From contig JAYZQJ010000243.1 of NCBI GenBank assembly GCA_036149055.1, positions 1-37,940 of the forward strand: a stretch of 37,940 bases of DNA. The letters run 5' to 3'. The notes under the pieces were generated by a model. It worked only from the letters and a program-made list of their open reading frames with translations, searched no databases and was not told the origin of the DNA. Position numbers and translations under genes: made by a program. How positions within the stretch are numbered: the stretch's first letter is position 1; each line of letters opens with the position of its first letter. The DNA is from Myxococcota bacterium. Its GTDB lineage: Bacteria; Myxococcota_A; Polyangia; Polyangiales; Sandaracinaceae. Positions 1-8,624 of the stretch are shown here, piece by piece.

Positions 1-159
1 CGGCAGCGGGGCCGGCAGCGGCAGCGGGGCCGGCAGCGGAAGCGGGGCCGGCAGCGGCAGCGGGGCCGGCAGCGGCAGCGGGGCCGGCAGCGGCAGCGGG
101 GCCGGCAGCGGCAGCGGGGCCGGCAGCGGCAGCGGGGCCGGCAGCGGAAGCGGGGCCGG
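1..159. repeat. Tandem 18-mer repeat (CGGCAGCGGGGCCGGCAG), about 9 units, running off the left edge
   Basis: Units read directly at 1-18, 19-36, ... 145-159; two units carry CGGAAG instead of CGGCAG; no spacers. Confidence 0.95.
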
Positions 160-187
160 GGACGCCCTCGGCGACCTCGCTACCCAT
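1..187 (-). CDS. Possible start of a gene running off the left edge (MGSEVAEGVPGPASAAGP(AAAAGP)n)
   Basis: Minus-strand ATG at 187 preceded by GGGAGGCGAGGAGAC; frame open to position 1, but almost all of it is the tandem repeat. Confidence 0.3.
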   Translation of the reverse strand, partial: MGSEVAEGVPGPASAAGPAAAAGPAAAAGPAAAAGPAAAAGPAAAAGPASAAGPAAAAGPAA

Positions 188-237
188 GTCTCCTCGCCTC
201 CCTTTGATCAGCCTCGACGACCAGTCCATCGGAACCA

Positions 238-316
238 GACTCGGACTCGGCAGGGGACTCGGCAGCGGACTCGGATCCGGCCGCGGGCTCGGGCTCGGCG
301 TCGGGCTCGGCGTCGG
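238..316. repeat. Degenerate hexamer repeat (GACTCG/GGCTCG/GCGTCG)
   Basis: gactcggactcggcaggggactcggcagcggactcgg...gggctcgggctcggcgtcgggctcggcgtcgg. Confidence 0.7.
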
Positions 317-456
317 AGTGGGCGAAGTTCGATGAATGAATAGGATCGTCCCTGTTCCCTCGTCGCAACCTTTCCTGTCGATCCCCCCGGCGAGCGGGAG
401 CTTTTGCGCGCACGCGGCGGATCGTGCGAAGGTGCCGCCGACGTGGAGGAGAGGCG

Positions 457-960
457 ATGAGTGACTTCGGGCAGCCGCCGGGGGGCGGTGGATTCGGGCA
501 ACCTCCGGGCGGCGGACAGCCTCCGGGCGGCTTCGGGCAACCTCCGGGCGGCGGGCAGCCTCCGGGCGGCTTCGGTCCTCCTCCGGGGAGCCAGCCGGGC
601 TTCGGTCAGCCTCCGGCGGGGCCGGGCGGCATGGGCGGCGGCGGCGGCATGAGCGGGCCGGCGATCGATCCGCTCGCCATCGCCTCGATCGGCGTCTCCA
701 TGCTCAGCCTCGTCACCTGCTTCTGCTGCGGCAGCCTCGGCGGGGTGATCGGGACCGCGCTCGGCGGCGTGCCGGTGGGCCTGGTCGGGATCGGGCTCGG
801 CGTCTTCTCGATCACGCGCATCAAGAAGGAGCCGGAGAAGCTCAAGGGCAAGGAGCTCGCGATCGCCGGCATCGTGGCCGGCGCGATCTCGATCATCATC
901 ACCGTCCTGCTCAGCGTGCTGATGGGGCTCGGCGTCGTCGCCAACCTCGCCTCGCAGTGA
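457..960 (+). CDS. DUF4190-like membrane protein with Gly/Pro-rich (FGQPPGGG) N-terminal repeats
   Basis: GGAGGAG SD before ATG 457; LAIASI...CFCC...IGLGVFSITRIK...GKELAIAGI pattern typical of DUF4190. Confidence 0.8.
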   Translation: MSDFGQPPGGGGFGQPPGGGQPPGGFGQPPGGGQPPGGFGPPPGSQPGFGQPPAGPGGMGGGGGMSGPAIDPLAIASIGVSMLSLVTCFCCGSLGGVIGTALGGVPVGLVGIGLGVFSITRIKKEPEKLKGKELAIAGIVAGAISIIITVLLSVLMGLGVVANLASQ

Positions 961-963
961 AGA

Positions 964-1067
964 TGCGGCAAATATTGCCGCAGCTTCCACGCGCGTCAGC
1001 GCGTGAGATGGGGTGGGAGCCCGAGCCGGCTTTGCCGGTCGGGCGGGAGGGGGCGCATGCCCCCTCC
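964..1067. other. Cluster of four consecutive hairpins between convergent genes (terminator, REP-like element or structured RNA)
   Basis: TGCGGCAA-ATA-TTGCCGCA (964-982); CACGCGC-GTCA-GCGCGTG (988-1005); CCCGA(G)CCGGC-TTT-GCCGGTCGGG (1020-1043); GGAGGGGGC-GCAT-GCCCCCTCC (1046-1067). Confidence 0.6.
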
Positions 1068-1077
1068 GGAAACTGAG

Positions 1078-1548
1078 CTAGCGAAGGTCCGTCAGCGCGC
1101 GCCGGAGGCCTCGGAGCGTGCTGGCGCCGCTCCCGGCGAAGCGGACCCGGCGCTCCCGGTCGAGGAGGACGAGCGTGGGGACCGCGCTCGCCTCGTACTG
1201 GACCGCGGTGCGCCCGGTGCACTGGAGCAGCGGCACGTGGGCGTGCGGCCACGGGTGCTCCTGGAGGCGCCGACGCGGCTCGTGGCTCAGGGCGATCACG
1301 GCGACGTCGCGCGACTCGGCGGCGAGGGTGTCGAGCGCGGGGACCACGCGGCGACAGCTCTGGCACCAGGTCGCGACGAAGGCGAGCACCACCGGCCGGC
1401 CGGCGTAGGCGTCGAGCCCGATCTCGCCGGGGGCGTCGAGGGCCCGCGCGCGGATGGGGGGCGCGGCGCCGCCGACGAGGTCGTCCGGGGACGCGGCCGC
1501 GACGGAGACCAGGCCGAGCCAGAGCAACGCGGTGAGCCAGGGTCGCAC
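1078..1548 (-). CDS. TlpA/ResA-family thioredoxin-like protein, exported
   Basis: Signal peptide; GRPVVLAFVATWCQSC (CxxC); VPTLVLLD cis-Pro motif. Confidence 0.85.
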   Translation of the reverse strand: MRPWLTALLWLGLVSVAAASPDDLVGGAAPPIRARALDAPGEIGLDAYAGRPVVLAFVATWCQSCRRVVPALDTLAAESRDVAVIALSHEPRRRLQEHPWPHAHVPLLQCTGRTAVQYEASAVPTLVLLDRERRVRFAGSGASTLRGLRRALTDLR

Positions 1549-1597
1549 GGGCGGAGGGTAGCAAGCATCGGCCCCCGCGGTTCGCTACCCTCGCTCG

Positions 1598-2227
1598 GTG
1601 CTCGCTCGCGCTGCGCTCGCCGGCCTCGTGCTGGCTTCGTCCGGGTGTCAGGCCCCGGCCGAGCCCGCGCGCGCCCCGCTCTCCGAGCCGAGCCTCGTCG
1701 CCCTCGGCGAGGCGCGGCCCGCGGGCCTCGATCAGCCGCCGTCGTTCGCGGTCGCCTTCGAGGGCGGCGCGGCGCTCGATCGCAGGGCCACCCGCTTCGT
1801 CCCGCGGTGGCGCGACGGCGCGGCGCTGATCGACCCGGAGGGGCGGCTCTACCAGGTCTGGCCCGACGGGCGGCGCCGCATGCTCGCCGCCGGGGTGACC
1901 GCGCTCGCCGCCTCGGACGACGCCGCGCGCCTCGCCTACGCGGTGCGCACCGACGGCTCGCTGCGGCTCCACGACGGCGAGGCGGAGCGCAGCCTCGCCG
2001 AGGGGATGGCCTCGATCGGCGCGCTCACCTTCGACGGCGAGGCGGTCGTCTTCGTCGGCGCCCGACCGGCTGGGGCGGCGCGAGGTGGGGTGGCCGGCGT
2101 CTGGTCGGCGGACGACGGCGGCGCGCGCTGCCACACGAACTGCGATCTCCGGGTCGGCGCCGACTGGGGCGACCGCTTCGTCCCGCCTCCCACCGAGCCG
2201 GCCGCGCTCCTCGAGGCCGCCCGATGA
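1598..2227 (+). CDS. Hypothetical lipoprotein, beta-rich
   Basis: Lipobox LASSGC; high GC3; ATGA overlap with the next gene. Confidence 0.7.
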   Translation: MLARAALAGLVLASSGCQAPAEPARAPLSEPSLVALGEARPAGLDQPPSFAVAFEGGAALDRRATRFVPRWRDGAALIDPEGRLYQVWPDGRRRMLAAGVTALAASDDAARLAYAVRTDGSLRLHDGEAERSLAEGMASIGALTFDGEAVVFVGARPAGAARGGVAGVWSADDGGARCHTNCDLRVGADWGDRFVPPPTEPAALLEAAR

Positions 2228-3417
2228 GGTGGCTCGTGGTCCTCGCGCTCGCGGTCCCCGCGTCGGCGACGGCGCAGACGTTCTCGAGCCCGGTCGGCTG
2301 CGATGGGTGCATCGCGAACTGGTACTACTTCGATTCCACCGGCGAGGGCGGCGGCGTCCAGGACTGGAACTGCGGCGGGTCGAGCTACGAGTACCACCGC
2401 GGGAGCGACTTCAGCCTGGCCGGCGGCAACGGCGCGATCGCGAGCGGCTGGGACGTGGTGGCGGCGGCGGACGGGACGGTCGTGAGCGCGCAGGACGGCC
2501 ACTACGATCGGTGCACCACCTGCTCGGCCAGCGTCGACGCGCGCTGCGGCACCGACTTCGGCTTCGGCTACGGCAACCACGTGGTCGTGAACCACGGGAG
2601 CTACCGCGTGATCTACGCGCACCTGCGGACCGGGAGCGTGCGCGTGGCGCCCGGGGACGCGGTGCGGTGCGGCGACGCGCTCGGGCAGATCGCCTCGAGC
2701 GGGTGCTCGACCGGCGCCCACCTGCACTTCGAGACCCGACCGCTCGGCGGCGCGTTCACCACCGCCTTCGATCCCTTCGCCGGGTCGTGCTCGTCGACCT
2801 CGCCGACGCGCTGGACGACGCAAGGCGCCTACCGCGGCATGCCGACCCGGGGCTGCGGCCCGCCCGCCCCCACCTGCCCGGCCGGGACCTACGCGATCTG
2901 GACCTGCGACGACGCGCGGACCGAGCGGCGCCGCTGCGTCGACGGCGTGGACGAGACCGAGCCGTGCCCGCACGGCTGCCTCTCGATGCCGGTGGGCACC
3001 GACGACGTGTGCGCGCCCCCACCGGACGCCGACGGCGACGGATCTCCGGCCGGCGAGGACTGCGACGACATGGACGCGGGGCGGCGCCCCGGCGCGATGG
3101 AGATCTGCGGGGACGGGATCGATCAGGACTGCGACGGCGAAGATCTCGGCTGCCCGGCGAGCGACGCCGGCCCGACGCCGATGGACGCCGGCCTCGCCTC
3201 CGACGCCTCCCCGGGCGACGCCGGATCGCGGGCCGACGTCGCCGTGCCCGAGACCCGCCGCCCGGACGCGGTGGTCGGCGCCTGCGGGTGCCGCGCGGCC
3301 GGATCGCGCCGGCCATCCGGCGCCTGGCTCCTGGGGCTGGCCGCCCTGGTGGTCACGATGCGCCGACGCGTTCTGCCGCGTCACGGGGCGGGGACAGGCG
3401 AACCCGATCGGGTGTGA
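2224..3417 (+). CDS. M23-family metallopeptidase with a MopE-like metal-binding repeat and MYXO-CTERM-like tail
   Basis: Signal peptide MRWLVVLALAVPASATAQ; HRGSD and HLH zinc motifs; YAHL, STGAHLHFE; DADGDG..DCDD..EICGDGIDQDCDG; C-terminal ACGCRAAG...WLLGLAALVVTMRRR. The ORF part upstream of 2224 is shadow. Confidence 0.88.
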   Translation: MRWLVVLALAVPASATAQTFSSPVGCDGCIANWYYFDSTGEGGGVQDWNCGGSSYEYHRGSDFSLAGGNGAIASGWDVVAAADGTVVSAQDGHYDRCTTCSASVDARCGTDFGFGYGNHVVVNHGSYRVIYAHLRTGSVRVAPGDAVRCGDALGQIASSGCSTGAHLHFETRPLGGAFTTAFDPFAGSCSSTSPTRWTTQGAYRGMPTRGCGPPAPTCPAGTYAIWTCDDARTERRRCVDGVDETEPCPHGCLSMPVGTDDVCAPPPDADGDGSPAGEDCDDMDAGRRPGAMEICGDGIDQDCDGEDLGCPASDAGPTPMDAGLASDASPGDAGSRADVAVPETRRPDAVVGACGCRAAGSRRPSGAWLLGLAALVVTMRRRVLPRHGAGTGEPDRV

Positions 3418-3431
3418 CTACGATCGAATCC

Positions 3432-3890
3432 ATGGGCATGGCCTCTCGGTCTCGGGAGATCACGCGTCGCCTCGTCGAGGCGTCGGTCGTGCTCATGCGT
3501 CACGACGGCCGCGCGCTCCTGCTCCGCCGCCGCCCGGACGATCGCTCCTTCGCGCACAAGTGGTGCCTGCCCGGCGGGCGCATCGAGCGCGGCGAGTCGC
3601 CGAACGAGACCGCGGTGCGCGAGGCGCGCGAGGAGACCGGCATCGCGCCGCGCATCGAGGAGTCCCTCGGCCCACGCCGCATCACGCTCATCCACCGCGC
3701 GCTCGACTTCCACATCCACACCTTCGTCGGCACCGCGCCGCACGGCCGCGTCATCCTCTCCGACGAGCACGTGGACGCGCGGTGGATCTCCCGCGACGAG
3801 GCCCGCCTCGCGGAGGAGCTCCTCCCCTCCGGCCTCGCCGGCGAGGTCACCACCGAGCTGATCGCCCGCTTCGCGCGCGGCGAGGTCTAG
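3432..3890 (+). CDS. NUDIX hydrolase
   Basis: Nudix box GGRIERGESPNETAVREAREETG; LSDEH..ARW motif. Start could be 3432 or 3438. Confidence 0.88.
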   Translation: MGMASRSREITRRLVEASVVLMRHDGRALLLRRRPDDRSFAHKWCLPGGRIERGESPNETAVREAREETGIAPRIEESLGPRRITLIHRALDFHIHTFVGTAPHGRVILSDEHVDARWISRDEARLAEELLPSGLAGEVTTELIARFARGEV

Positions 3891-4807
3891 AAGACCCCAC
3901 AGCCCGGATCCAGGCAGGCGCCGCCCACGCAGACGTGAGAGGCGCAGGCGGCGTCGGAGGCGCAGGGAGCCCCGACCGGCGCGTCGCCGGGGGCGCAGCG
4001 CGCGGAGGCGTCGCAGTGGCCGCTCTCGCAGTCCCGGGCGCCGCGGCACGGGGCGCCGACCGGGCTGGCGACGCAGCGCCGCTCCTCGCAGCGGCTCGAC
4101 CAGCAGTCGGTGTCGGCGTCGCAGGGACCTCCGAGCTCGACCCACGGCACGCACGTCCCCACCTCGCTGCCCGGCGCGTCGGGGGCGCAGCGGAGAGCCA
4201 GCCGCTCGATGCCGCGCTCGGGGGTGAGCGTGCCGTCGAGGTCGACGCACTGGTGCAGCCGATCGCAGCGCTCCCCCTCGCTCACGCTCGCCCGGCAGGA
4301 GTGCCCGGCTCCGTCGGGCGCGCAGGCGCCGAGCCGGCACGCGCTGACCAGCTCGAAGCCGAGGGGCTCGCACGCCGCGCCCGCGCCGAGGTCGCCCTCG
4401 AAGACCCCGCCGAGCGCGAACAGATCGCGGACCTGCCAGTCCAGCGACGCGATGAAGCCCTGACAGCCGTCGGCGCGCCCGCGCATGCGGCGGATGAGGG
4501 CGGCGGCCGCGGCCCCGTCGTAGTGGACCTCGGCGGCGTCGATCGCAGCCCGCAGCGCCGGGGAAGGGAACGTCGAGCAGAGCGCCCGCTCCTCGTCGCG
4601 GCAGTCACGCACCGCGGCGCCTGGACAATCGCAATCCTCGATCGGCTCGCAGAGCGCGTCGAAGAAGGCGCCGCAGAAGGCGTCGAGGGGGAGCGGATCG
4701 GTCACGGGGTGACTCTCGAGCAGGCACCCGCTCAGGCCCACGCTGGCCAGCAAGGTCGCGAACGCGATCTGGAGTCGCCGCCTGTGCACCGCGCTACCCC
4801 CACACAC
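3887..4807 (-). CDS. Cys-rich lipoprotein (myxobacterial disulfide-rich repeats)
   Basis: Lipobox GLSGC; repeated G.PC..D.DC.S..C....C units at the C-terminus; AAGGAG SD upstream. Confidence 0.8.
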   Translation of the reverse strand: MCGGSAVHRRRLQIAFATLLASVGLSGCLLESHPVTDPLPLDAFCGAFFDALCEPIEDCDCPGAAVRDCRDEERALCSTFPSPALRAAIDAAEVHYDGAAAAALIRRMRGRADGCQGFIASLDWQVRDLFALGGVFEGDLGAGAACEPLGFELVSACRLGACAPDGAGHSCRASVSEGERCDRLHQCVDLDGTLTPERGIERLALRCAPDAPGSEVGTCVPWVELGGPCDADTDCWSSRCEERRCVASPVGAPCRGARDCESGHCDASARCAPGDAPVGAPCASDAACASHVCVGGACLDPGCGVF

Positions 4808-4842
4808 CTCCTACTCCTTCCGCGGGGGACATGCGAGGTGGG

Positions 4843-5403
4843 ATGGCGTACAACGGGGCGGAGATGCTCGCGTGGATGCGGAGGCTCGTGGGGCGGCGTC
4901 CCGGCGCGACGGAGCGCTGGCGCCGGGCCGTCGGGCGCCTCGACCTCGATCCGCTCCTCGAGGACGCGCTGGTCCGGCAGCCGACCCTCGCCGACGCGTG
5001 GCAGCGCTGCCCGCGGGTGGACTGGGCGGTGGACCTCGCGCTGAAGGCCAAGGTGGAGCCGGAGCTCATCCGGCAGGGCATCGCCGAGATCGCCCGGACC
5101 GGTCGCGGCTGGGGCGCCGAGCGGGCGCCGGACGCGCTCGACCCGTGGCGGCAGGACACGCTGGCGCTCGAGGGCACCCTGCGCGCGATCGTGGAGGCGG
5201 AGCCCGAGGTCCGCGCGCTCGCCGCGAAGCTGCGGGAGGCCGAGCGGTGGCGGCAGCGCGCCCGCATCCAGACGATCTCGGACCAGTACGACGGCGCCCA
5301 CGCCCGCGCCCACCGCGCCCTCGCCGACGCCTTCCGGCGGCGCGTCACCGCCGAGCCTCTGTCGGTCGCGCTGATCGGACAGCGCAATCATCCCTACCGC
5401 TGA
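4843..5403 (+). CDS. Hypothetical helical protein
   Basis: High GC3 frame; GAGG before ATG 4843; no recognisable motif. Confidence 0.65.
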   Translation: MAYNGAEMLAWMRRLVGRRPGATERWRRAVGRLDLDPLLEDALVRQPTLADAWQRCPRVDWAVDLALKAKVEPELIRQGIAEIARTGRGWGAERAPDALDPWRQDTLALEGTLRAIVEAEPEVRALAAKLREAERWRQRARIQTISDQYDGAHARAHRALADAFRRRVTAEPLSVALIGQRNHPYR

Positions 5404-5425
5404 GCTCCCCCTACCGCCGAGACCC

Positions 5426-6028
5426 ATGAAGCGCCTCGCCCTCGCTCTCCTCACGCTCCCCCTCTTCGCCGCGCCCGCGCGGGCCGACGACCACCCCACC
5501 CTCGCGAGCGACGGCGTCTTCGTCGGCGTGCGCCTCGAGCCCGGCGCCGCGCTGAGCCTCGGCTACGACCTCGACGTCTACCTGACCGGCGACCGCGTGC
5601 TCAGCGTGGGCCCGGCGGCGAGCTTCTCCTTCCTCGGCGAGGACGGCGCGGACCTCGGCCAGCGTCAGGACTGGCTGCTGGCGATCGACGTGCTGCGGCT
5701 CAAGGTCGCGCTCGACGACGGCCACGGCGCGGCGCGCCCCTACATCTTCCTCGGCGGCGGCCTCTACTACGCGTCGCTCCCGGAGCAGCGCTCGACCCCG
5801 CGCGAGGTCTTCCTCGTGCCCGACGGCACGCCGGCCACCGCGGAGCTGCGCTTCCCGGGCGGCGACCACTACGGCGGGCTGCTCTCGTCGGGGCTCGGGC
5901 TGGACGTCTACTTCGCCGACGGCTTCGGCGTGGCCGCGGTGCTGGCGAGCCACGTGCGCCTCTCCGACGACGGGCGCGTCCCGGACTTCTGGGCCGAGCT
6001 CGCGGTGGGGCTCCGCTTCGGGCTGTGA
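5426..6028 (+). CDS. Small outer-membrane beta-barrel protein
   Basis: Signal peptide ending ARA-DD; amphipathic strands (RPYIFLGGGLYY, GLGLDVYF); C-terminal WAELAVGLRFGL. Confidence 0.75.
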   Translation: MKRLALALLTLPLFAAPARADDHPTLASDGVFVGVRLEPGAALSLGYDLDVYLTGDRVLSVGPAASFSFLGEDGADLGQRQDWLLAIDVLRLKVALDDGHGAARPYIFLGGGLYYASLPEQRSTPREVFLVPDGTPATAELRFPGGDHYGGLLSSGLGLDVYFADGFGVAAVLASHVRLSDDGRVPDFWAELAVGLRFGL

Positions 6029-6039
6029 GGGGTCGGCCC

Positions 6040-7959
6040 GTGAAGCACGCCGCGCTCGTCGCGCTCGCCCTCGCGGCGAGCGGCTGCTCCCCGCTCATCG
6101 GCCTCGTCGTGCGCGCGGCGGCGAGCGACGGCGGCGAGATCGCGCCCGGCGGTGAGGTCAGCGGGACCACCCGCGGCGCCGCCGACCGATGGCAGCCCTC
6201 GTGCGGCGCGCCCGCCGGCGGCGGCGATCGCGCCTTCGTCTTCGTGCCGCCGCGCGCCGGCACCTACCGCGTCGAGGTCGAGGCCGACTACGACAGCGTG
6301 CTCGCCGTCTTCGACGAGGGCGGCGAGGCGCTCGACTGCAACGACGACCACGACCGCACGAGCCACTCCCTCGTCGAGCGCCGCTTCGAGGCCGGGCGGC
6401 GCTACACCCTCGTCGTCGACGGCTACCGCGGGGCGACCGGCGGCTTCCGGCTCCGGGTGAGCGAGCCCGCGCCCGAGGAGGCCGAGGGGCGCGCGCTGAC
6501 CCTCGGGGAGCGCGCGGCCGGCGACACCTCGGGAGGCGCGGACCATCACACGCCGACTTGCGGCGCCACCGCGGGCAGCCCGGACGAGCGCTGGGTCTTC
6601 ACCCCGCCCGAGGCCGGCGCCTACCAGGTCGAGGTCACGTCGCTCTACGACGCGGTCGTCGCGATCTACGCGCCCGGCGCGACCGAGCCCCTCGCGTGCA
6701 ACGACGACCACGGCTCGACCCGGGTGTCGCAGGTCACCGCGCAGCTCGAGGCCGGCGTGCCCTACGCCGTCGTCGTCGACGGCTACCACGGCGACGCCGG
6801 CCGCTACCGCATCGTCGCCCGCGCCGCGACCGGGGCGGCCGAGGCCCGCGCGCTGACCCTCGGCGCCGAGGTGCGCGGCGACACCACGGGAGGCTCCGAC
6901 TCTCGCACGCCTCCTTGCGGCGCCCGCCCCGGGAGCCCTGACGACGTCTGGCGCCTCGTCCCCCCGCGGAGCGGCAGCTACGTGGTGCGCCTCGACAGCG
7001 ACTACGACGGCCTGCTCGCCGTCTACCGCCCGGGCGTCGACGAGCCGATCGGCTGCAACGACGACCACGGCTCCACGCGCCAGAGCGAGGTCGTCGTCCC
7101 GCTGATCGCCGGGCAGGACTACGAGGTCGTCGTCGACGGCTGGGGCGGACGCGCGGGCGCCTACCGGCTGGTCGTGAGCGAGGCCGTGGCCGGCGGCGGG
7201 CCGCTGCAGCTCGGCCAGCCAGGCCGGGGCGACACCTCGCGCGCCTCGGATCAGCACACGCCGAGCTGCGGCGCGAGCGCGGGCAGCCCCGACGACGTGT
7301 GGACCTTCACCGCCGCCGAGACGCAGCAGATCCGGGTGGACGTCGACGCCGAGTACGACTCGGTGGTCGCGGTGCTCGACGCGCAGGGCCAGGAGCTCGG
7401 CTGCAACGACGACCACACGAGCACGCGCACCTCGCGGCTGGAGGTCACGGTCCAGGCAGGGCAGACCTACCGGGTCGTGGTCGACGGCTTCCGCGGGCAG
7501 ACCGGCGCCTACCGGCTGCGCGTCGAGCCCCTCGGCCCGCCGCCCCCGCCGCCCCCGCCGGAGGGGCCGCGGGTCGAGAACATCACCGCGATGGAGCGCC
7601 GCTGCGGCGCCATGCCCACCCTCGCCGAGGGCACCCAGACGGTCGACGTCGCGGCGAGCGAGGCCGACGCGCGGACCAGCTGCGGCGGCTTCGGCCCGGG
7701 GCCGGAGGCGCTCCGCCGCCTGCGGGTGACCCAGGAGACGCGGCTCCAGATCACCGCGCGCTCGCCGCACCAGCCCGTCCTGGAGCTGCGCACCGGCTGC
7801 TCGCGCGGTCATCACGTGGTCGCCTGCGACGCGAGCCAGGGCCAGGCCACGCTGTCCGCGCGACTCGAGCCGAACGTCGACTACACCCTGCTGATCGACA
7901 CGCGCCGTGGGGGAGACGCGAGGGTGGAGCTCGAGGTCCAGCTGACGCCGATCCCGTGA
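6040..7959 (+). CDS. Lipoprotein with four tandem PPC (pre-peptidase C-terminal)-like repeats plus a divergent fifth; no catalytic domain seen
   Basis: Lipobox LAASGC; 4x G.T.G..D...P.CGA..G..D...F....G.Y.V...YD....CNDDH...S.....AG..Y.VVVDG..G..G.YRL; poly-Pro linker. Confidence 0.85.
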   Translation: MKHAALVALALAASGCSPLIGLVVRAAASDGGEIAPGGEVSGTTRGAADRWQPSCGAPAGGGDRAFVFVPPRAGTYRVEVEADYDSVLAVFDEGGEALDCNDDHDRTSHSLVERRFEAGRRYTLVVDGYRGATGGFRLRVSEPAPEEAEGRALTLGERAAGDTSGGADHHTPTCGATAGSPDERWVFTPPEAGAYQVEVTSLYDAVVAIYAPGATEPLACNDDHGSTRVSQVTAQLEAGVPYAVVVDGYHGDAGRYRIVARAATGAAEARALTLGAEVRGDTTGGSDSRTPPCGARPGSPDDVWRLVPPRSGSYVVRLDSDYDGLLAVYRPGVDEPIGCNDDHGSTRQSEVVVPLIAGQDYEVVVDGWGGRAGAYRLVVSEAVAGGGPLQLGQPGRGDTSRASDQHTPSCGASAGSPDDVWTFTAAETQQIRVDVDAEYDSVVAVLDAQGQELGCNDDHTSTRTSRLEVTVQAGQTYRVVVDGFRGQTGAYRLRVEPLGPPPPPPPPEGPRVENITAMERRCGAMPTLAEGTQTVDVAASEADARTSCGGFGPGPEALRRLRVTQETRLQITARSPHQPVLELRTGCSRGHHVVACDASQGQATLSARLEPNVDYTLLIDTRRGGDARVELEVQLTPIP

Positions 7960-8008
7960 GCCTGCCGTGAGAGCGCGGCGCCGTGGGGGGCGCGCCGCGC
8001 TCGCCCGG

Positions 8009-8467
8009 TCAGCCGGTCTTCTGCTTCTTCGCGCGCTCGATGCCGCCCGCGGGCGTGAGCTTCAGCCGCGCGGAGGACTCCCGCCCGCGAAACCCGGCGA
8101 TGCGGACGTCCTCCACCACCTTGAAGAGCTCCCCGAAGCGAAAGGGCTTGACCAGGATGCGCGCGAACGCCGCCTCCTCGTCCGTCTCGATCTTGCCCGG
8201 GTAGCCCGTGATGCAGACGACCGGAGGCGCGCTCTCCCCCAAGAGCGCCCGCAGCTCCGCCACGAACCTTCCACCGTCGAGGTACGGCATGTCGTAGTCC
8301 GTGACGATCACGGGCGGCGGCTCGTCGCGCGTGCACTCGGCCAGCGCGAGCCGCGCGTCTCCGAACGCGCGCGCCTCCCAACCCTCCGCACGGAACAACT
8401 CGGCCAGCACTTCGACGAGGCGCCGCTCATCGTCGATCAGCCAGACGCGTCGTGTGTCATCCCCCAT
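8009..8467 (-). CDS. Single-domain response regulator (receiver) with short C-terminal extension
   Basis: LIDD, VTDYDMP (phospho-acceptor Asp), ITG and KPF motifs. Confidence 0.9.
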   Translation of the reverse strand: MGDDTRRVWLIDDERRLVEVLAELFRAEGWEARAFGDARLALAECTRDEPPPVIVTDYDMPYLDGGRFVAELRALLGESAPPVVCITGYPGKIETDEEAAFARILVKPFRFGELFKVVEDVRIAGFRGRESSARLKLTPAGGIERAKKQKTG

Positions 8468-8610
8468 CTTCAACCCCCCTCGGACCCCCAGGGTCCACCC
8501 CAGTTATGCCAGGTTTCAGAGGAGAAATCCCGACCCCCGTTCAGGGGTCCTCGGGGGGGCGTACCATGCAGCGGGGACGCACTCCCGATACACCCGAATA
8601 ACCGAGGGAT

Positions 8611-8624
8611 TTCAAGCGGTTGAA
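8611..8624. promoter_or_regulatory. Candidate operator palindrome TTCAA-N4-TTGAA in the regulator/encapsulin divergent region
   Basis: TTCAAGCGGTTGAA in a locally AT-richer intergenic stretch. Confidence 0.3.

Noticed and set aside
1..159. Possible CRISPR array at either window end
   Set aside because: Contiguous tandem units with no unique spacers, and no cas genes.
180..413. 77-aa minus-strand ORF with DAEP/ESA repeats
   Set aside because: Content derives from the hexamer repeat; no convincing start or family motif.
1003..2223. Long N-terminal extensions of ORFs 1003-3417, 2085-3890, 10584-13445, 19205-22003 and 33898-37314
   Set aside because: They overlap better-supported genes in other frames; internal starts with signal peptides or SD sites explain the real proteins.
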